Of a DNA stretch of 64,000 nucleotides, positions 59,038 to 64,000 are shown one piece after another. This DNA is from Candidatus Saccharimonadia bacterium. GTDB lineage: Bacteria; Patescibacteriota; Saccharimonadia; UBA4664; JBIOIQ01. The position numbers were made by a program, and so were the translations under genes. The stretch covers positions 280 through 64,279 of the forward strand of contig JBIOIQ010000001.1 in assembly GCA_044449985.1 (NCBI GenBank), written 5' to 3'. The notes beneath the pieces were generated by a model. It did no database searches. It saw only the letters and a program-made list of their open reading frames with translations, and had not been told where the DNA came from. The first letter of the stretch is position 1; each line of letters starts with the position of its first letter.

Positions 59038-59463
59038 CTACTTTGGTTTGGTTATATTGGCTTCTGCTCCGTAGCTAGGAACCACTATGTCTTTAAAATC
59101 TAGATCTCTCAGCTGGCTAATTCCTAGTTCGAACCACTTCTCACTGCCGGTACCAATAATTGGGATATTGAGCGTGTAGGCACTGGTATTGGCAACTGTG
59201 ATACCAATGCGAAGACCGGTAAACGATCCCGGACCTTCAAATACAATGATGGCATTTAGATCTGACCAGGTTATTTCAGCGCGATTTAACAACGCCTCAA
59301 TCTTTGTCAGAATGCTATTTGATAATTGCCGGGCGGCCGTCCAAGAATAATCTTCAATAATTTTAATCTCCCCTGCTTCTCCGGTGATTTTTGCAAGTTT
59401 CAGCTCGGCCTCGGCAGTTTCGGAGCGGATCCCTAAAATGTAGCGAGACTTAGTGTTTGGCAT
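59038..59463 (-). CDS. tsaB: tRNA threonylcarbamoyladenosine biosynthesis protein TsaB (short, N-terminal domain only)
   Basis: 141 aa. It begins RYILGIRSETAEAEL (the inactive-Kae1-like TsaB N-terminus) and has the GPGSFTGLRIG motif. The C-terminal half typical of about 230-aa TsaB is missing. Confidence 0.7.
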   Translation of the reverse strand: MPNTKSRYILGIRSETAEAELKLAKITGEAGEIKIIEDYSWTAARQLSNSILTKIEALLNRAEITWSDLNAIIVFEGPGSFTGLRIGITVANTSAYTLNIPIIGTGSEKWFELGISQLRDLDFKDIVVPSYGAEANITKPK

Positions 59464-59923
59464 GTTGCAGCCCTTGTATCACATAATCAAATCTCGTATC
59501 TAAAGACTCGACCGAAATCTCTCTGGTGTTGTCGCTGGTAGCGGTAATTTCAATCCGAATTCTTTTGGCTGGCATCGACTTACCGGCATGTCCAGCCCAT
59601 TCAACTGCAACAATGATAGTCGGATCCCCCACCACTTCCGCCAGCTCGACCGCGACAATGTCTGAAGAATCAAGTCGATAGAAGTCAAAATGATGGAGCT
59701 CTAAACCATCTCTAAGCTTATATATCCGCGAAATCGTAAACGTCGGTGAGGTAACTTCGCCTTTAAACCCAAGTCCTCTCGCGATCCCCTTCACTAGAAC
59801 TGTTTTTCCTCCACCTAAGTCACTCGCGAGCTCAATAGTTTCCCCGCCACGTAAAATTCTTCCAAATTGTTCGCCAAATTGAAGACTTTCGGACAGTGAG
59901 TGTGTCGTAAGTTCGTACTTCAC
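59450..59923 (-). CDS. tsaE: tRNA threonylcarbamoyladenosine biosynthesis ATPase TsaE
   Basis: P-loop LASDLGGGKT and the conserved VTSPTFT motif. It overlaps tsaB by 14 nt. Confidence 0.8.
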   Translation of the reverse strand: MKYELTTHSLSESLQFGEQFGRILRGGETIELASDLGGGKTVLVKGIARGLGFKGEVTSPTFTISRIYKLRDGLELHHFDFYRLDSSDIVAVELAEVVGDPTIIVAVEWAGHAGKSMPAKRIRIEITATSDNTREISVESLDTRFDYVIQGLQHAKH

Positions 59924-60005
59924 ATCTTATATATATCACAGCTTGGGGATGTGCCCCACAAAATCGCTTCGCCTGAACTACGAATTTCAAGCTGTATGAA
60001 GTTGG

Positions 60006-60926
60006 TTAACTACTCAGCAAATGATCAAGCAAGGCCATTCGGACAAACAGACCATTAGCGGCTTGTTCGAAATATTTTGCTCGCGGATTCGTATCAACTT
60101 CGGGAAGTAGTTCTCCGACCCGCGGCAGGGGATGCATGATGATTGCACTTTTTTGGAGTGAGTTTGCAAGTTTACTGTCGACAATAAAATAATGCTTTAA
60201 AGTCTCATATTCGGCGGTGTCGGCAAAGCGTTCTTTTTGAACCCTGGTCACGTACAAGACATCGATGTCACGGCTAAGCCCGTCGAGACTATTTAGTTCG
60301 CGAAACTTAAGATTATGACTTGCGAGATAGTTTTTATACTGCTTTGGCAGTTGCAGTTTTGAGGGTGCAACTAGCTCAAAACTGATGTTTTTGTAAAGAC
60401 CGAGCAAATAAAGTAGTGAATGAATTGTTCGGCCGTTTAAAAGATCCCCGACAAGGGCAATTTTGAGGTTATTTACCTGCGGGAAATACTGCGAAATAGT
60501 ATAGACATCAAGTAGTGCCTGGGTGGGGTGCTCGCCCAATCCATCGCCGGCGTTTATTAGGGGTACAGTCGCGACTGTGGCAGCCCTTTCGGCTGATCCA
60601 GCTTCAGGATGCCGCAAGACAATCACATCACAATAGCTGCTGACTACGCGAATGGTATCTTCCAGCGATTCGCCTTTACTGACCGAGGAGAAGTGACCGG
60701 CAGCTTCCGTTGAGATGACATTGCCTCCCAGTCGCATCATCGCGGACTCGAACGAAAATCTTGTTCTGGTACTGGGCTCATAAAATAAGGTGGCGAGGAT
60801 CTTTCCCTCTGATCGGGAAACAAATTTGCCACTTTTAACTTGGTTAGTTAAAGCAAATAACGATTCCAAAATGGAGTGATCAAAGAACTGTTTGGTAGAT
60901 ATTACGTGGTATTTATCAGCTAGCAA
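60006..60926 (-). CDS. pyrB: Aspartate carbamoyltransferase catalytic subunit
   Basis: Carries STRTRFSFE and HPLPR (ATCase-type, as opposed to HCLP in OTCase). No pyrI is adjacent. Confidence 0.85.
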   Translation of the reverse strand: MLADKYHVISTKQFFDHSILESLFALTNQVKSGKFVSRSEGKILATLFYEPSTRTRFSFESAMMRLGGNVISTEAAGHFSSVSKGESLEDTIRVVSSYCDVIVLRHPEAGSAERAATVATVPLINAGDGLGEHPTQALLDVYTISQYFPQVNNLKIALVGDLLNGRTIHSLLYLLGLYKNISFELVAPSKLQLPKQYKNYLASHNLKFRELNSLDGLSRDIDVLYVTRVQKERFADTAEYETLKHYFIVDSKLANSLQKSAIIMHPLPRVGELLPEVDTNPRAKYFEQAANGLFVRMALLDHLLSS

Positions 60927-61002
60927 CGATGTTCCTTTTTAGCTCTACAGATTTAATTTTAACATAAGCTTGATTATCCTGGTTATGCTAAAATAGTGAT
61001 GT

Positions 61003-62985
61003 ATGCGCATTTCCGATAGTGAGCTAAAGAAATTATTAACTGACTCGAAAAAAGTCAAACCTGAAGATCTCGACGAAGCATTTAAGGCTCATGAGCAGAG
61101 TAAAGAGCCCCTGCTCGCGACGATCATTAAGCGTAAGTTGATTACGGAAAAGGATTTGACTGAGTTATACGCCAAGAGTATTGACGTGCCTTTTGCTGAG
61201 CTCTCCGGGATTAAAGTTCCCCACGAAATACTCTCAAAAATTCCGGAGCGTATTGCCAGAAAATATCAGGCGGTCCTTTTTGGTGCCGATGGCGATATTT
61301 TACAGCTGGCCATGGCTGATCCTGAAGATTTTCAGGCAGCTGATTTTATAGAGAAGCAGGTTGGTAAAAAAATTAAGATCTTTATCGCCACTCCCGGGGA
61401 CGTCCTAGGAGTTCTCGATCAGTTTTCAGGTAATCTCGACAGTGAGATCACCAAGGCTATTAAAGATTCCTCGAGCGGAGAAGAAGAAAAATCTCAAGAG
61501 GTCAGTGCCAAAGATCTGGCCGAAGATGCGCCAATTGCGAAAACCGTTAACGTCATCATTGAATATGCCATACGCTCACGCGCTTCAGATATTCATATCG
61601 AGCCTCGCGAAGGAATAGTGCAGATTCGTTATCGGATAGACGGGGTCTTGCGAGAATCCATGACCCTACCTAAACCAATTTTACCAGCGGTAATATCACG
61701 TATTAAAATCTTATCTAATCTAAAAATTGATGAACATAGAGTCCCGCAAGACGGTCGATTTAAGTTTACGCTCGGCAGTAAAGTGATTGCACTGCGGGTT
61801 TCAACCCTGCCAGTAATGGACGGCGAAAAAGTTGTAATGCGGCTGCTCGATGAATCAAGTCGGGCTTTAACGCTGGATGAACTCGGATTTGAGGGGCGCT
61901 CACTTGATGTTATTATGCGTAATTTGAAGAAACCTCATGGAATGACACTGGTGACAGGACCGACCGGATCCGGAAAAAGTACCACACTCTATAGCGTTCT
62001 TAATATGATCAATACTCCTGGCATAAATATATCCACGGTGGAAGATCCGGTCGAATATCGAATTCAGGGCGTAAATCAAACCCAAGTTAATCCAAAAACC
62101 GGTATGACTTTTGCCACTGGCTTAAGAGCCCTGCTGCGCCAAGATCCCAATGTCATCATGGTGGGTGAAATTCGAGACGGTGAAACCGCTGATTTAGGTG
62201 TCCAAGCGGCACTAACCGGCCATATTGTGCTATCAACGCTTCATACGAGCAACGCCGCCACCACCTTACCTCGACTGCTTGATATGGGCATTGAGCCGTT
62301 TTTAATTGCTTCAACCGTCAATACGGTTATCGGTCAACGGCTGGTGCGCAGATTATGCCAAACTTGTCGAATTCAATATGTACCCGACCCCAAAGAGATG
62401 GAAACACTGAGATCGGATTTTAAAGTTGATGAGGGCTTAAAACACTTTCGTGAAATGGGTAAGAATCAAGTTGCCCCACCTCCCCCTCCGCTCCCAGTCG
62501 CCCAAGAAGCCCCAAAAGATACCAAGAAAAAAACTGCTGCCGGAATGCGCGTAATCGAACCAACCCACGATATTGCGGTCGACAAATCAATTCTCGATAA
62601 AATCGCATCGGATCCGAATATTATTAATCGCACGGCAGCTGAAGCAAATAAAGCGAAGTTAGCGGCTGAAAACCCCCAACCAGCTCCGCCACCCGTACCC
62701 TCAAATGAAGAACATCAGCTTAAAGAGGGTGAGTTTCAGCTATTTAAAGCCGGTCCGGGCTGTCCGGATTGCGGACAAGCAAGTTATCAGGGTCGGATGG
62801 GTATTTACGAAGTACTGGAAGTGAATCAAGAAATTTCAAAAATGATTGTATCCCACGGCACTAGTGATGATATTCAAGACGCTGCAATCCGAGACGGAAT
62901 GTTAACTATGCTTCAAGATGGTTTTGTCAAAGCCTTAGCGGGTCTCACGACAGTTGAAGAGATCTTAAGAGTTACCAGTGAATAA
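61003..62985 (+). CDS. pilB: Type IV pilus assembly ATPase PilB/GspE family, with Pro-rich insertion in the C-terminal zinc-binding region
   Basis: GSPII_E N-domain, Walker A (GPTGSGKSTT), Asp box and His box. The CQTCR and CPDCGQ cysteine pairs are separated by about 110 aa of P/A/K-rich sequence (APPPPPLPV...PQPAPPPVPS). Confidence 0.85.
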   Translation: MRISDSELKKLLTDSKKVKPEDLDEAFKAHEQSKEPLLATIIKRKLITEKDLTELYAKSIDVPFAELSGIKVPHEILSKIPERIARKYQAVLFGADGDILQLAMADPEDFQAADFIEKQVGKKIKIFIATPGDVLGVLDQFSGNLDSEITKAIKDSSSGEEEKSQEVSAKDLAEDAPIAKTVNVIIEYAIRSRASDIHIEPREGIVQIRYRIDGVLRESMTLPKPILPAVISRIKILSNLKIDEHRVPQDGRFKFTLGSKVIALRVSTLPVMDGEKVVMRLLDESSRALTLDELGFEGRSLDVIMRNLKKPHGMTLVTGPTGSGKSTTLYSVLNMINTPGINISTVEDPVEYRIQGVNQTQVNPKTGMTFATGLRALLRQDPNVIMVGEIRDGETADLGVQAALTGHIVLSTLHTSNAATTLPRLLDMGIEPFLIASTVNTVIGQRLVRRLCQTCRIQYVPDPKEMETLRSDFKVDEGLKHFREMGKNQVAPPPPPLPVAQEAPKDTKKKTAAGMRVIEPTHDIAVDKSILDKIASDPNIINRTAAEANKAKLAAENPQPAPPPVPSNEEHQLKEGEFQLFKAGPGCPDCGQASYQGRMGIYEVLEVNQEISKMIVSHGTSDDIQDAAIRDGMLTMLQDGFVKALAGLTTVEEILRVTSE

Positions 62986-63002
62986 GGAATAAGGTACGAT
63001 AG

Positions 63003-64000
63003 ATGGCAACATTTACTTATTCAGCCCGAGATAAATCCGGAAAAGTGACAAAGGGGAGTCTATTTGCGAAAGACCGCACCGCAGCATCAAGCAGTTTAAG
63101 TGAAAAAGGTCTCACTCCAATTGTAGTCATGGAATCCGTCGCTAAAGGATCGGGTGGTATCAAACTACCCTTTATAGGCAGCATAAGTCTCGAAGGGAAA
63201 GTCAGAACTCAAGATAAGGTCATTTTTTCTCGCCAATTTGCCACTATGATCAACGCTGGGGTACCGATCACAAAAGCTTTAGCAATTCTAAAAGATCAAA
63301 CTGAATCAAAAAAATTTCAAAATGCAATTTCCGATCTAACTTCACGGGTTGAGGGTGGATCGACTTTGGCCGCGGCTCTGGCTGAACATCAAGACATTTT
63401 TAATCCGGTCTATGTAAATATGGTTAAGGCTGGTGAAACCGGAGGAATTCTAGACGAGGTCCTTGATCGCTTAGCTGAGCAACAAGAAAAAGATGCGGAT
63501 ATTGTCGGAAAAGTCCGAGGGGCGATGATATACCCAGGAGTAATAACCACAGCTGCTCTCGGCGCATTCTTCTTCCTGATGATCGTAATCGTCCCTAAAT
63601 TAGGTGCAGTTTTTACGAGTTTAGGTACTCAACTTCCGATCTATACTCGAGTGCTTCTGGCGCTTTCCGGATTTGTCGTAAAATATGGCATCGAGCTGAT
63701 TGGTGGAATGGCTGCAGGTGTCGTCTTGCTCGCGCGCTATGTCAAAACCCCAAGAGGAAAAAGAGTCCTCGACACTATTATTATAAAATCTCCAATTATC
63801 GGACCAATTATCATCAAGGTTAATGTGGCACGATTTGCGCGTACTTTCGGTTCTTTAATGTCGTCTGGAATTGCCGTTTTAGACGCTCTCAATTCAACTT
63901 CGAGTGCAATTGGCAACACCATGTTTAAAGATGAGCTCAATAGAATAGCTAAAGAAGTGAAAAACGGTCGCTCAATTTCCGAGCAAATGCAGAAGTCAAA
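63003..64000 (+). CDS. pilC: Type IV pilus assembly platform protein PilC/GspF (N-terminal ~330 aa; continues beyond window)
   Basis: The ATG at 63003 is preceded by AAGGA. The frame stays open to the window end and is not in the ORF track. The translation shows a GspF repeat with TM helices (AMIYPGVITTAALGAFFFLMIVIVPKL). Confidence 0.8.
   Translation, partial: MATFTYSARDKSGKVTKGSLFAKDRTAASSSLSEKGLTPIVVMESVAKGSGGIKLPFIGSISLEGKVRTQDKVIFSRQFATMINAGVPITKALAILKDQTESKKFQNAISDLTSRVEGGSTLAAALAEHQDIFNPVYVNMVKAGETGGILDEVLDRLAEQQEKDADIVGKVRGAMIYPGVITTAALGAFFFLMIVIVPKLGAVFTSLGTQLPIYTRVLLALSGFVVKYGIELIGGMAAGVVLLARYVKTPRGKRVLDTIIIKSPIIGPIIIKVNVARFARTFGSLMSSGIAVLDALNSTSSAIGNTMFKDELNRIAKEVKNGRSISEQMQKS

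Noticed and set aside
1-64000. CRISPR arrays, transposases, integrases, rRNA
   Set aside because: No regularly spaced direct repeats were found, and there are no DDE/tyrosine-recombinase-like ORFs or rRNA-like conserved segments anywhere in the window.

Overview
The window has low GC, is densely coding and has a compact gene set: a truncated TsaB, RNase Y, a Cys-to-Asp MurA, type IV pilus PilB/PilC, and Ser/Thr-rich surface tails. This resembles a reduced Gram-positive-like or candidate-phyla (Patescibacteria/Saccharibacteria-type) genome, though that assignment is an inference. No CRISPR array, transposase, integrase or rRNA is visible.

Main content:
- Glycolysis: an eno, 2-hydroxyacid dehydrogenase, gpmA cluster.
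- Two-component signalling: two paralogous large multi-TM/GAF sensor kinases, a classical HK/OmpR pair and an orphan receiver.
- Peptidoglycan and housekeeping: alr, murB, murA, folD, def, glyA, pyrB, tsaB/tsaE, hup, rny.
- Transporters: three MacB/FtsX-type ABC pairs, several ABC-2 exporters, one NitT/TauT-type ABC and one MFS.
- Regulators: Crp/Fnr, PadR, ArsR.
- RNA genes: seven tRNAs, four of them in one minus-strand cluster.
- Two secreted enzymes (a beta-helix protein and a clan-A glycoside hydrolase) carrying near-identical dockerin repeat pairs.

Most interesting observations:
1. A split NOX/ferric-reductase-like redox pair: a membrane-tethered FNR-like flavoprotein followed by a separate bis-heme membrane protein with H-x13-H / H-x12-H motifs.
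2. Two GC-rich, structured non-coding loci with promoter and terminator signals that I cannot assign to a known RNA family. One lies between hup and the tRNA cluster, the other between tsaB and rny.
3. A pyruvoyl-dependent arginine decarboxylase (PdaD) in a bacterial context.
4. A MurA with Asp at the fosfomycin-target Cys position.
5. A PilB with a proline-rich insertion splitting its tetracysteine motif.
6. A GNAT (OlsB/FeeM-like) N-acyltransferase paired with a polytopic membrane protein next to a MacB exporter.
7. A standalone C39-like peptidase beside another MacB exporter.
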